Below are positions 1 through 10,246 of a DNA stretch of 64,000 bases, piece after piece. Position numbers and translations under genes: made by a program. Each line of letters opens with the position of its first letter. Position 1 is the stretch's first letter. The DNA is from Promethearchaeota archaeon (GTDB lineage Archaea > Asgardarchaeota > Lokiarchaeia > Sigyniarchaeales > SOKP01). The stretch is taken from positions 729,023-793,022 of the forward strand of contig JAHPZA010000009.1 in NCBI GenBank assembly GCA_019058445.1, read 5' to 3'. The notes below the pieces were generated by a model. That model ran no database searches, had not been told where the DNA came from, and saw nothing but the letters and a program-made list of their open reading frames with translations.

Positions 1-163
1 TAAGTTTTCAAAATTTAATAACTATATTAATGAACTTATCTTTGATAATTAAATTACCGCACATAAAGACGATTATTGTTCGCAAAAGATTTAAATATAA
101 TTTTTATCAGTTTATAATCTGATTTGGTAAATAAACGTAATCATACCATCCAGCTAGAATACA

Positions 164-808
164 TTGACAATTGAAATAATATCTAAGATTGAAAGGTTTG
201 ATCATAAAATCTTTATGAAGATTTATAAAAATGAGGCTTTAAAGAGAAACAGGATTATTATTTTTGCGAAGATCTTTTCCTTCTTCGGTAATATGTATTT
301 TTGGGGAGTATTTTGGCTTATTTTAACAGTGTATGGGTATATTACAAAAGATTACGGATTATTTTGTTTGATGACAGGAGGCGGAATACAGAGTGTGATT
401 ATACATGTTTTAGTTCGATTTAAACTCGTAAGTCGAAATCGACCATTCATAACTTTAGAAAAAGAAGGAGTTGCCCAACATGATGATCTAATCAGAGAAA
501 ATAAATCCTTTCCTTCCGGTCATGTTGCTTTTTTTCTATTTTTTGGCACCTTAATCGCTTTTTATTACCAAAGTTGGCTTGTCCTCATGATATTCATAAT
601 TTTGGACATAATTATGGCAATAACTAGGTTAATTTTAGGGGTACATTTTCCTACGGATGTCATCGCTGGATTTGGTTTCGGCCTCCTATATGCATTAATT
701 TTTCTATATGGAACAGCAATTTATTGGATTTCCTTATTTTATTGGATCGGGCATACGTACTCCCCTATTATCCATGAATGGCTTTATTACATTTTTCAAA
801 TTCCATAA
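164..808 (+). CDS. PAP2-family membrane phosphatase
   Basis: R-x-RP, SFPSGH and TRLILGVHFPTDV motifs; several TM segments. Confidence 0.9.
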   Translation: MTIEIISKIERFDHKIFMKIYKNEALKRNRIIIFAKIFSFFGNMYFWGVFWLILTVYGYITKDYGLFCLMTGGGIQSVIIHVLVRFKLVSRNRPFITLEKEGVAQHDDLIRENKSFPSGHVAFFLFFGTLIAFYYQSWLVLMIFIILDIIMAITRLILGVHFPTDVIAGFGFGLLYALIFLYGTAIYWISLFYWIGHTYSPIIHEWLYYIFQIP

Positions 809-828
809 GTTCTATTGAATCTAAATTA

Positions 829-1722
829 TTATTGTAAATAATTGAAAATCTTCTCAAAATCAGATAAATTGAACGGTTTTAAAATATAGCCATTAGCTTT
901 TAATTCTTTGGTCTTTTTAGCTACTTCAGTTTCTGGTATTGCTGAGAGAAAAAATATAGGTAAATCACTATTTCTTTTTTCTAACCTAATCTTCTTAATT
1001 ATCTCATAGCCACTAATATCGGGTAAAAGAATATCTAGTAAAATTAGTTTTGGTTTAAACCTTGTTAGTTCTTCGAGAGCTCTATTTCCTTCTAAAATTC
1101 CCTTACAGGAAAAACCTTCCATCTCAAAATAGCTTGTTAATAAATTTACAGTTTCATTATCATCTTCAATAAGAAGTATGTCGTATTCAAGAGGACCGTC
1201 ATCCATAGCAGAATTTTTTTTCTCTATTTTTTCTAACTTTACTATCCGTTCTTCTAGTGTTTCGCATTGAGATAATATTCTTTCTAACATTGAGATCAAA
1301 TCGTTGTCTATTGAATCTCTATATGTTTTGATGATTAACTGAATATTTCCCTTTATACTTGTTAAAGGTTCTTTCAACTCATGAGAAAGAGCAGATATGA
1401 GGTCAATATCTGAACCTTTATAATTAAATTCAATTTTTGACTGGTATTTAATGAAAAACTTCACTGCGTCCCTAATAAGTTTGGAGATAGTGGAATAATG
1501 ATTACTATTATCCTTGATAAATCCATTCCATTCATCCTTAATCCCATCAGAAACATATAGGGAAATACGCTGTTTTTTAACATTATATACCTTTTCACCT
1601 CTTTGCCATTTCTTAAAGGCGTCTGTAATCTCACCGTGCCAAATAGCCTCTTTACCAGTTTCTTCTTCGAATTTTTCCATCTCTTCAGTTTTCACTAGTT
1701 TTTTAGCTATTTTAATCACCAT
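829..1722 (-). CDS. Response regulator: N-terminal RHH-like DNA-binding domain + HisKA (DHp) + receiver domain
   Basis: QRISLYVSD...TISKLIRDAV (RHH-like); SHELKEPLTSI H-box; ILLIEDD, LLDILLP and YILKPF receiver motifs; no HATPase domain. Confidence 0.8.
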   Translation of the reverse strand: MVIKIAKKLVKTEEMEKFEEETGKEAIWHGEITDAFKKWQRGEKVYNVKKQRISLYVSDGIKDEWNGFIKDNSNHYSTISKLIRDAVKFFIKYQSKIEFNYKGSDIDLISALSHELKEPLTSIKGNIQLIIKTYRDSIDNDLISMLERILSQCETLEERIVKLEKIEKKNSAMDDGPLEYDILLIEDDNETVNLLTSYFEMEGFSCKGILEGNRALEELTRFKPKLILLDILLPDISGYEIIKKIRLEKRNSDLPIFFLSAIPETEVAKKTKELKANGYILKPFNLSDFEKIFNYLQ

Positions 1723-1829
1723 AGAGAAAGTGTAATTTCAAAAGTTTTGAAAATATTTACTTTTTACATAATATCTTTTTTTTGCATATATAAATATTTT
1801 TTACATTCAAAAAAAAATATAAAAAAATA

Positions 1830-1855
1830 GGGAGTATCTTAAAAAAGATACTCCC
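1830..1855 (-). terminator. Hairpin followed by T-runs downstream of the MCP-like gene
   Basis: Perfect 11-bp inverted repeat GGGAGTATCTT-aaaa-AAGATACTCCC; T-rich tract follows on the minus strand. Confidence 0.6.
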
Positions 1856-1921
1856 AAGTAGTTCTAAAGACCGGAATTTGTGGTTAGTTAGCTCTGATTT
1901 TAAGGGATATTGGTAATTCAT

Positions 1922-3043
1922 TTAATTATTTAAGTGTAATGAGTTTTTTAATTCTTCTGCTAAGGCTCCTAATTTATTTGCTGTAGCAGATATTTCTTCC
2001 ATTGAAGCTGTTTGTTCTTCGGCTGCTGAGTTAATTTCTTCCATTGAAACTGCGGTCACTTTAATTCTGTCTAATATATCTTTAATATTTGAATTGGAAT
2101 TAGTAACAGCGTTTTTTGATTCTTCGGCTAATTTTCTTACCTCGTCGGCTACCACTACAAATCCTTTTCCGTATTCACCTGCTCTTCCTGCTTCAATGCT
2201 AGCGTTCAGTGCTAAGAGATTGGTTTGATCTGATATATTTGTAATAATTTCCAAAATTTGTCCAATGGCGTTTGAGGATTCCATGACTTTTTGGCTTTCA
2301 TTTGCTACTTGCTGCGTGGTAGTAGCAATTTCTTCGGATGATGCGTTTACCTCGTTTGCGGAGGCCACTAATTCGGTTGCCATATTTGAAACGTTAATAC
2401 TTGTATCTGAAGCAAGATGTAACACGCTAATAAGTTTATTTTTAGTTGTTTCGAGTTGTATTTCAGTAAAAGCAGCGATTCCTGTTGTCATTAAAATGGT
2501 AAAAGATATAAGTGTTGTACCTGTTTCTATGGCTGGTGAACTTTCCAATCCGAATTGTGGAATCAACATAGAAATTGTATACACTATAAAGCATATAACT
2601 GTCGCATTCAGAAATGCATAGGTAGGAGATTTCTTTACTAAATATATCCGAATCATCATAATACTACAGATTATCATAAGTATTAATAGACTAGATAGCA
2701 ATCCAATAAGGAAAAGTGGACTTAAAACAAGAGCAGGACTGATCTTCTTAATTATTGATATTTTCTTACCTCTATCCTTATAAAATGTTTCATAATAGTC
2801 TTTAAACACTGCAAGAAAGATAAGCGTAACAGGAACGACAGCAAAGAGGCTAAACGCAGTGAATAAATCTTCATAAATTCTCCCGATTATCTTAAATATT
2901 ATCGTAAACAAAAAAGAGACATAAACAAAAAACCAAATTACTAGTTCCCTACGTTTCATAAAAACAACTGCAAAAAGGCAAACTGCAATGCTCATCACGA
3001 TTGTTTGTTGAATATTCATCAAAATAAGATCATTATTATCCAT
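1922..3043 (-). CDS. Methyl-accepting chemotaxis-like protein with polytopic membrane N-terminus
   Basis: [40 protein letters not shown] signalling hairpin; about 6 TM helices. Confidence 0.9.
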   Translation of the reverse strand: MDNNDLILMNIQQTIVMSIAVCLFAVVFMKRRELVIWFFVYVSFLFTIIFKIIGRIYEDLFTAFSLFAVVPVTLIFLAVFKDYYETFYKDRGKKISIIKKISPALVLSPLFLIGLLSSLLILMIICSIMMIRIYLVKKSPTYAFLNATVICFIVYTISMLIPQFGLESSPAIETGTTLISFTILMTTGIAAFTEIQLETTKNKLISVLHLASDTSINVSNMATELVASANEVNASSEEIATTTQQVANESQKVMESSNAIGQILEIITNISDQTNLLALNASIEAGRAGEYGKGFVVVADEVRKLAEESKNAVTNSNSNIKDILDRIKVTAVSMEEINSAAEEQTASMEEISATANKLGALAEELKNSLHLNN

Positions 3044-3104
3044 ATTATAGATCTCACCATTTTAATATTATATTTTTAGCAGATTTTTAAAAAAAAATAC
3101 TACC

Positions 3105-4220
3105 TTAGTTCCCCTTTATCATTGTATATTTTAGTTCCTCGGCCAAAGCTCCAAGTTTATTTGCTGTGGCCGAAATCTCTTCCATTGAGGCGGTTTGTTC
3201 TTCAGCTGCAGCACTAATCTCCTCCATTGAAACCGCTGCGACTTTAATTCTTTGTAAAATGTCTTTTATCTTAGAATTACTGTTAATCACAGCATTCTTC
3301 GATTCTTCCGCTAATTTTCTCACTTCCTCAGCTACCACTGAGAAGCCCCTTCCGGCATCTCCTGCTCTTCCTGCTTCGATACTTGCGTTCAATGCTAAAA
3401 GATTCGTCTGATCTGATATGGTAGTAATGATTTGTAGTATCTGTCCAATGGCGTTTGAGGATTCCATGACTTTTTGGCTTTCATTTGCTACTTCTTGCGT
3501 CGTAGTAGCGATTTCTTCTGATGATGCGTTTACTTCACTCGCACTTGCAGCAAGCTCAGTTGCCATATTTGAGACGTTGATACTTGCGTTTGAAGCGATA
3601 TTCAAGAGATTTTTAATCCTTTTATGTGATTGCTCTAATTTCATTTCTGTAAAGGAAGCAACAGGGGTTGCCATCAAAATTGAAACAGATATAAGTGTTG
3701 AACCTATGCTTATAGGCAGGGCACCTTCAACTTCATATGCTATCATAAGAGAAGATATTACTACCATAAAAAATCCCAGTACTGACATATTAAGAAATGC
3801 GTAAGTAGGAGTTCTTTTCTTCATATAAATTCTAATGAGCATAACAATACTAATAATCATAAGAATCATCAAAAAATAGAGAAATCCGATTATGACAGGA
3901 CTTGCCAACACGGAGGCTCCAAACTTATTTGAAATTGAGAGTTTTTTATCCTTGAGAAATATTTCATAATACTCTTTAAACACTGCGATAAAGATAAAAA
4001 ATACTGGTATCGCTCTCGCTAAGGTCGATATCGTATATAATTCTGCAGAAATTGTTCCGAAAATCTTGAAAATGAGTGAGAAACAGATAGACATATACAT
4101 AAGTAGCCAAAGGAATAACTCACGACGGTATCTTAGAAATATAAATGCAAATATGCATGTTGCTATGATCATGATTATTGCCTGTTGAACATTCAAACTT
4201 AGAATTTCATTAGTATCCAC
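3105..4220 (-). CDS. Methyl-accepting chemotaxis-like protein (tandem paralog)
   Basis: Same MCP hairpin motif and TM layout as 1922..3043. Confidence 0.9.
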   Translation of the reverse strand: MDTNEILSLNVQQAIIMIIATCIFAFIFLRYRRELFLWLLMYMSICFSLIFKIFGTISAELYTISTLARAIPVFFIFIAVFKEYYEIFLKDKKLSISNKFGASVLASPVIIGFLYFLMILMIISIVMLIRIYMKKRTPTYAFLNMSVLGFFMVVISSLMIAYEVEGALPISIGSTLISVSILMATPVASFTEMKLEQSHKRIKNLLNIASNASINVSNMATELAASASEVNASSEEIATTTQEVANESQKVMESSNAIGQILQIITTISDQTNLLALNASIEAGRAGDAGRGFSVVAEEVRKLAEESKNAVINSNSKIKDILQRIKVAAVSMEEISAAAEEQTASMEEISATANKLGALAEELKYTMIKGN

Positions 4221-4529
4221 GAAAATCTCACTTCTTTTAAAATTATTTTTTTATTAATTGATGCTAAATTTTGTATTTAAATTTTTGCATAATATTCCCT
4301 TTTTTGCATAATTGGATCACAAAAGTGGAAATTTTATAATACCTATGTAAAAAAGTGAATCAATCTAATTTTTTACTTATTACTGAATATTTAACATTAG
4401 AAAAATAAAAATAAGTTTAAATAAGAGATATTTTGTAAATTTCTTGTAAATAAAGTAATATATGCTTAAATTCAGAATAGTTTTTATCTGTAAACAATAT
4501 AAGGTCAAGAATCAGTACGGTTAATTATA

Positions 4530-7181
4530 TTGATCAATCAAAATAATATCATAAACATACGGGAAGAATTTAATCCTTTATTTGAGTTTTCTTTAGACTT
4601 TTTATTTGTTTATGATTTAATTGGAAAAATATGGGACGCTAATGATGTTGCCATAAATAATTTAGGATATTCAAGGGAAGAAATTCTTAATATGAGTATT
4701 TTTGATTTCCTAATGGGGGAGGATAAAAAAACAGCTAAACAGGGATTAAAAGAAATTGGAGCCAGAGGTAAATTCGAAAACTATAATATTTTTAAAATTA
4801 AAAAGAAAGATAGTACGTTAATTTATTTAGAAGTTTCTGGAATCCCACTAAAAGATTCTTTAGATAACATATATGCATTTTTAGGTATCGGACATGATAT
4901 AACTGTTCTTAAAGAGATAGAACAAGTATTAATTGAATCCGAAGAAAAAAATCGATCATTAATAGAAGCAATGAATCAAGTGGGAATTGGTATTGATATT
5001 GTGAATAAAGAGTATAATATTTTGTTCCAAAACGATATTCTAAAAAAAAAATTTGGAAATCTTACCGGAGAACTATGCTATGAAAAATATATGGGACTTG
5101 AAGATCCGTGTGATTTTTGTCCAATGATAGAAGCAATAAAAAATAACAAAATTGAGAGCATTGAATTAACAGCTGCCGATGGAAGAATTTATGAATTGAT
5201 ATCAGCTCCTTTTCCTAATCCAGATGGAACTATTGATAAAGCTGCTGAAATTGTTATAGATCGTACTGAGCATATATTATCAGAGGAAAGATTAATCAAT
5301 TCTGAAAAAAAATTTCGACATTTATTTACTCAATCACCCTTTAGTATCTCGTTATTTGATATGAAGGGTAATCTAATTGAAAGTAATAGAAAATTTGTAC
5401 AGACGCTAATGGAATATACCAATATAGATTATACAGGACAAAATTTCATAGACATTGCATCAAACTTTAAAAATTCGAACCAAATCATTCAATTGTTTAG
5501 CGAAAGATTTAAGTTAATTCGTAGTGGAAATGTTCTAAAACCTTTAGAATTTTATTTAATAACTATGAGTGGTAAAAAGGTCTGGCTACGTTGGCAAAGT
5601 TCTGTTGTTAAAATAGGAAATGACCAATTTAACCAAGTAATAATTCAAGATATAACGGAACAAAAAGAAGCTGAGGAAAGAACAAAAGAATCTGAGGAAA
5701 AATTTAGAACTATTACTGAACAATCGTTTATGGGGATTGCCATTTTCCAAGATGATTTAATAAAATATGCAAATCAAGCCATGCTTAATATTTTTGGTTA
5801 TTCAATGGATGAAGTGAAAAGCTGGAAAACTTTAGAATATTTAAAATTGTTCCCCTCTGAAGATAAAGAGTTGATTTTAGAACAAATAAGAAAAAGGCAG
5901 GAGGAATATGACTCAAGTCAATATAATTATCAGGTAAGGTTCATAAAAAAAAATGGAGAGATTGGGTGGTTGGAGTTATTCTCTAATATCATTGAATATA
6001 GAGGGAAAACCACAGCTTTAGTTTCTATTATTGATATTACGGAACAAAAAGAAGTAGATAAAAAAGTCAGAGAATCGGAAGAAAAATTTAGAAATATTGC
6101 TGAACAGACTTTTATGGGAATTACAATTATCCAAGATGATTTAATAATCTACGCAAATCAAGCCATGCTTGATATATTTGGATATTCGATGGATGAAGTA
6201 AAAAGTTGGAAACCGTTAGAATACTTGAAATTATTCCCCCCTGAAGAAAAAGACTTCATGTCAAAACAAGAAAGAAGGAAGAAAGAAGAATACGATTCGA
6301 GCCAACATAATTATCAAGTAAGATTTATAAAAAGTAATGGAGAAAAAGGGTGGTTGGAATTATTCTCTAACGTTATTGAATATAAAGGAAAAAAGGCAGC
6401 TCTAGTTTCTATAATCGATATTACTGATAAAAAAATGGCTGAAGAATTAATTATTGAAGAAAATAAAAGGTTGTTGGAACTGCATGAAATGAGAAAGGAC
6501 ATTATTAATCGGGTTTCTCATGAACTCAAAACACCATTAACATCTATATATGGTGCTTCTGAAATTTTAATGGAGAAATTAAGAGATGAGATGAGTGAAA
6601 ATGTTTTTAATTTCATGGAGATCTCATACAGGGGTGCATTAAGACTGAAAGAATTAGTAGAGAATCTTCTCGATAGTTCTCTATTAGATACAAAAAAAAT
6701 TGAATTAAAATCGACAAATGAAGATATTGTAAGAATAATTCTAGAAGTAGTGAATGAAATGGCTCATTTAGCAAAACTTCGAAATCTCACGATAGAAACA
6801 GATCTGCCAGACTCTTTAGTTTTGGATGTGGATAAACTTAGGCTTCGTCAAGCTATTAATAACATAATTTCAAACGCGATTAAAAATTCTCCTCCTGATA
6901 GAAAAATTTTTGTAAATTTGAGCGAAGAAAAGGGTATTGTTGATATTAAGATAAAGGATGAGGGAGTTGGTATTACGGAAAAAGAAAAGGAAAAATTATT
7001 TGAGAAATTTGGTAAGATAGAAAGATATGGAATGAATTTAGATGTAGATATTGAGGGATCTGGACTTGGCTTATACATTTCAAAGGAAATAGTAGAATTA
7101 CATGGTGGGCAAATTCTTGTCAAATCTATGGGAAGAAACAAGGGTACTACTTTTACAATCAGATTATATAGAAATAGCTAA
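4530..7181 (+). CDS. Multi-PAS cytoplasmic sensor histidine kinase
   Basis: Repeated ESEEKFR...DITE PAS units; SHELKTPL H-box; NAIK, DEGVG and GSGLGL boxes. Confidence 0.95.
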   Translation: MINQNNIINIREEFNPLFEFSLDFLFVYDLIGKIWDANDVAINNLGYSREEILNMSIFDFLMGEDKKTAKQGLKEIGARGKFENYNIFKIKKKDSTLIYLEVSGIPLKDSLDNIYAFLGIGHDITVLKEIEQVLIESEEKNRSLIEAMNQVGIGIDIVNKEYNILFQNDILKKKFGNLTGELCYEKYMGLEDPCDFCPMIEAIKNNKIESIELTAADGRIYELISAPFPNPDGTIDKAAEIVIDRTEHILSEERLINSEKKFRHLFTQSPFSISLFDMKGNLIESNRKFVQTLMEYTNIDYTGQNFIDIASNFKNSNQIIQLFSERFKLIRSGNVLKPLEFYLITMSGKKVWLRWQSSVVKIGNDQFNQVIIQDITEQKEAEERTKESEEKFRTITEQSFMGIAIFQDDLIKYANQAMLNIFGYSMDEVKSWKTLEYLKLFPSEDKELILEQIRKRQEEYDSSQYNYQVRFIKKNGEIGWLELFSNIIEYRGKTTALVSIIDITEQKEVDKKVRESEEKFRNIAEQTFMGITIIQDDLIIYANQAMLDIFGYSMDEVKSWKPLEYLKLFPPEEKDFMSKQERRKKEEYDSSQHNYQVRFIKSNGEKGWLELFSNVIEYKGKKAALVSIIDITDKKMAEELIIEENKRLLELHEMRKDIINRVSHELKTPLTSIYGASEILMEKLRDEMSENVFNFMEISYRGALRLKELVENLLDSSLLDTKKIELKSTNEDIVRIILEVVNEMAHLAKLRNLTIETDLPDSLVLDVDKLRLRQAINNIISNAIKNSPPDRKIFVNLSEEKGIVDIKIKDEGVGITEKEKEKLFEKFGKIERYGMNLDVDIEGSGLGLYISKEIVELHGGQILVKSMGRNKGTTFTIRLYRNS
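5688..6430 (+). repeat. Internal tandem duplication of a PAS domain (period 384 nt)
   Basis: Units start at 5688 and 6072; near-identical text such as YANQAML.IFGYSMDEVKSWK.LEYLKLFP. Confidence 0.85.
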
Positions 7182-7309
7182 TTTTTACTTTTTTTATAAT
7201 TCATATCTAATTAAAATTATTTTTAGACTACCTTTAAAAAATAATAATGGAAGTTATTAATTTTATGAATAATTATGCTTAAATAAAGAATTAGCTTAAA
7301 ATCTTAAGT

Positions 7310-8041
7310 TTGGCTAGATTAAAAATGTCGAAAGATAAGAAAAAGGTTTTTGAATATGCGGATCCTACTTGTTTTAAATGCAACTCTCTAAATTATTGTA
7401 CCATAGGAAGGGCTAGCAAGATGCTAGATAATTGTCCTATGAAAGTTAGCCCGGAGATCCAAAAACAAGCTAAGGAGCTTTATAAAAACGATGAATTTGT
7501 AAAAAAATCAACTGGTGTGGCTTCAACTGTGGAAGCTAAAGGTTATATCCATTGGCCTCGGCTGAAGGACACTATTGAATATGCGAAAGGAATGGGGTAT
7601 AACAAACTTGGTTTAGCTTTCTGTGTCGGATTAAGGGAAGAAGCAAAACAAGTTGCAGAAATATTGGAAAAATATGAATTTGATGTATGTGGAGTATGTT
7701 GTAAAACAGGAGGAGTTAAAAAAACTGCTGTTGATGTGCCTGAAGAATTCACAATGTATTCTAAAACAGGGTATATGATCGGGTGGATTACTTGTAATCC
7801 CGCTGCACAGGCATTACTACTTAATAAGGCAAAAACAGAGATGAATATCATAATCGGGTTGTGTGTAGGACATGATATCACTTTCACGCATCTTTCAGAG
7901 GCGCCCGTGACGACATTAATCGCAAAAGACCGATCATCGCCCCATAATCCGTGTAGTGTATTGTTTACTCATTATGGAAACGAGTTTTTTAGGAAAGATC
8001 TTCAAGATTTAAAACATCCTGAAAAGAGTAATAAAGAATAA
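7310..8041 (+). CDS. DUF1847-type Cys-rich metal-binding protein
   Basis: GLAFCVGL, VCCKTGG, CNPAAQA, GLCVGHD and TTLIAKDR...HNP motifs. Confidence 0.85.
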   Translation: MARLKMSKDKKKVFEYADPTCFKCNSLNYCTIGRASKMLDNCPMKVSPEIQKQAKELYKNDEFVKKSTGVASTVEAKGYIHWPRLKDTIEYAKGMGYNKLGLAFCVGLREEAKQVAEILEKYEFDVCGVCCKTGGVKKTAVDVPEEFTMYSKTGYMIGWITCNPAAQALLLNKAKTEMNIIIGLCVGHDITFTHLSEAPVTTLIAKDRSSPHNPCSVLFTHYGNEFFRKDLQDLKHPEKSNKE

Positions 8042-8164
8042 GAAAAAATCTTGTTCTATTTTCTTTTAATTGGAGTAATTCACAAAAGCTTATATAAGGA
8101 TAGTTCTATTATAATTATACACTTTTGGCATTTAATAAATTCCAAAAAGGAATGTGATCCGATA

Positions 8165-8884
8165 ATGGCTGTAGCATTAATAGATTTAATTAATGGTATA
8201 TTTAGCATAATTTTTGTTTTAGTCTCGACCATAGTCGGACTAATAACCATTTCGAAATACTTTAAAACAAAAAAAAGAACTATACTTTGGATTGGTCTCG
8301 CTTGGATATTAATAGTCAGTCCTTGGTGGCCCTCATCGTTATCTGTATTGTGTGCTCTAATTACTGGCAAAGGTCTTTCTCTTCAGTTATATCTCTTCAT
8401 TGGAAATTTTTTAGTTCCCGTATTTTGTTTTTGTTTAGTTGCGGGCTTCACAAATACTTATCTACTTGAGAAGCAGAAAATTATTTTGGTCATATTTTTT
8501 ATTTTCGGAGTTATTTTTGAAGTATATTTCCTGTACTATTTAGCTATCGATCCGAGCGTTCATGGCGAATTACAAGGATTAGTCGATATAGAGTTTAGGG
8601 GATTTCTGAGAATATATTTGATATTAATCATACTTTTAACATTGATTCTTGGAATTTTAATTGCTCTAAATTCTATAAAAGCTGAACAACCTGAAATTAA
8701 GTTAAGAGGAAAATTTCTCCTAATGGCGTTTATTTCTTGGACGATTGGGGCAATTTTTGATGCCAGCGTTACCTTAAATTTCGTAACTTTGCCCATTATA
8801 AGAATAATTTTAATTTCAAGCGCAATTGAATTTTATTTCGGCTTTGTACTACCAGATTGGATAAAACCCCGTTCTTTAAAATAA
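8165..8884 (+). CDS. Uncharacterised ~7-TM membrane protein (probable start ATG 8165; ORF track gives 8051)
   Basis: About 7 hydrophobic segments; homologous to 32648..33373. Confidence 0.75.
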   Translation: MAVALIDLINGIFSIIFVLVSTIVGLITISKYFKTKKRTILWIGLAWILIVSPWWPSSLSVLCALITGKGLSLQLYLFIGNFLVPVFCFCLVAGFTNTYLLEKQKIILVIFFIFGVIFEVYFLYYLAIDPSVHGELQGLVDIEFRGFLRIYLILIILLTLILGILIALNSIKAEQPEIKLRGKFLLMAFISWTIGAIFDASVTLNFVTLPIIRIILISSAIEFYFGFVLPDWIKPRSLK

Positions 8885-8919
8885 TAACAATTTTTTTTTA
8901 TTATTCTTTCTTGAAAAAT

Positions 8920-9459
8920 TTAAAACCAATCTGTAAATTCTTCAACAGATCTCCTTTTTCCCTGTTTAATGTTTTTATAGTTGTCTACTTCCTCATCGAC
9001 AGCGCCAATTGCGATAATTCCCATCAGCTCATAAACTTTATCACTTAGTTTAAAGATCTCGTTAATTTGTTCCTTTATATCTGAATCAATTCCTAGCCAA
9101 ACTGCTCCTATTTCAGGTAAAACATGAACAGCCAGAAGAATATTTTCTACGAACGCCCCTATCGCCAATATATCACTGTCTCTCTTATCACTTTTTTTTA
9201 AGTCAAGAAATACAACTAAACAGCAGGACGCCGTTTCATAGATATCTGCATATTGAGGCATTACTTCGGCCAACATCATCTTCACTGTTGGGTGTATAAC
9301 GATATTTACTCTATAGGGCTGATTTAGATTCTCATCTAAGGCAAAACCGCATTCTAATATCTCTTTAATTGCTTGTTGGGTTAATTTTTTAAATGAAAAG
9401 TTCCTTACACTTTTTCTACTCTTAATTAAATCCATAAGATTTGAAGTCCGGACTTCCAT
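8920..9459 (-). CDS. Nitroreductase-family protein, degenerate motif
   Basis: SRKSVRNF and GAVW retained; APSxxNxQPW replaced by ALDENLNQPY. Confidence 0.8.
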   Translation of the reverse strand: MEVRTSNLMDLIKSRKSVRNFSFKKLTQQAIKEILECGFALDENLNQPYRVNIVIHPTVKMMLAEVMPQYADIYETASCCLVVFLDLKKSDKRDSDILAIGAFVENILLAVHVLPEIGAVWLGIDSDIKEQINEIFKLSDKVYELMGIIAIGAVDEEVDNYKNIKQGKRRSVEEFTDWF

Positions 9460-9560
9460 ATTTAAAAAATAAGGATTCTTATGAATATAAAGTTTTTTAC
9501 TTAAAGCGTATATTAAAGTCTAGTAGTGATTATTAAAAAAAATAAATAAATTATGTAAGA

Positions 9561-10100
9561 TCAATACCAATCAACAAAATCTTCAACGGGTCTTCTTTCT
9601 CTTGTTTTTTCATTCCTTTGTACTACCGCTTCATCAACTTCACCAATGGCAATTACACCCATTAATTCAAATTTCTCCGGATCTAACTTAAATAATTCAT
9701 TAACGCTCTCCTTTTTGTTTAATATTTCTCCTAACCAGACAGCACCTAAACCTGGTTGTGCATGTACTCCTAAAAGCAAATTTTGCATGAATGCACCAAT
9801 ACCTTGAATATCTTTTACCCGATCATAGGATTTTTCCTTATCTAGAAATACAACTAGATTCACATAAGCGCTTTCGATGATGTTGCCGTATTTAGTATGT
9901 TCTTTTAACATACCTTTCACTTTTTCATGCATAACTACATTGACCCTCCAGGGTTGATTATTCCTGCCTGAAGGAGCCCAGCGGCCGAATTCTAAGATTT
10001 CAAGGATAGTATCTTTATATATTTTCGAAAATATAAAATTTCTAACGCTTTTGCGACTTCTAACAAATTCTAGATATTTTTTTGATTCGCTTTCTTCCAT
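9561..10100 (-). CDS. Nitroreductase-family protein
   Basis: SRKSVRNF, WAPSGRNNQPW and GLGAVW motifs. Confidence 0.9.
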   Translation of the reverse strand: MEESESKKYLEFVRSRKSVRNFIFSKIYKDTILEILEFGRWAPSGRNNQPWRVNVVMHEKVKGMLKEHTKYGNIIESAYVNLVVFLDKEKSYDRVKDIQGIGAFMQNLLLGVHAQPGLGAVWLGEILNKKESVNELFKLDPEKFELMGVIAIGEVDEAVVQRNEKTRERRPVEDFVDWY

Positions 10101-10246
10101 AATATTTAATATTTAGTTTATGGTTTTAAAATTTTAACATAATATTTATGATCAAATATCTCAAAATAAAGGCAATAAATTATTAAATACTAAAAACAAA
10201 TTACTTTTAAAAATCTAAATTATTAGAAGTTCAGTGAGAGAATTAA

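Noticed and set aside
2265-3804. Antisense ORFs over the MCP genes, and similar shadow ORFs elsewhere in the track
   Set aside because: They lie wholly within well-supported genes on the opposite strand or frame and show no protein motifs.
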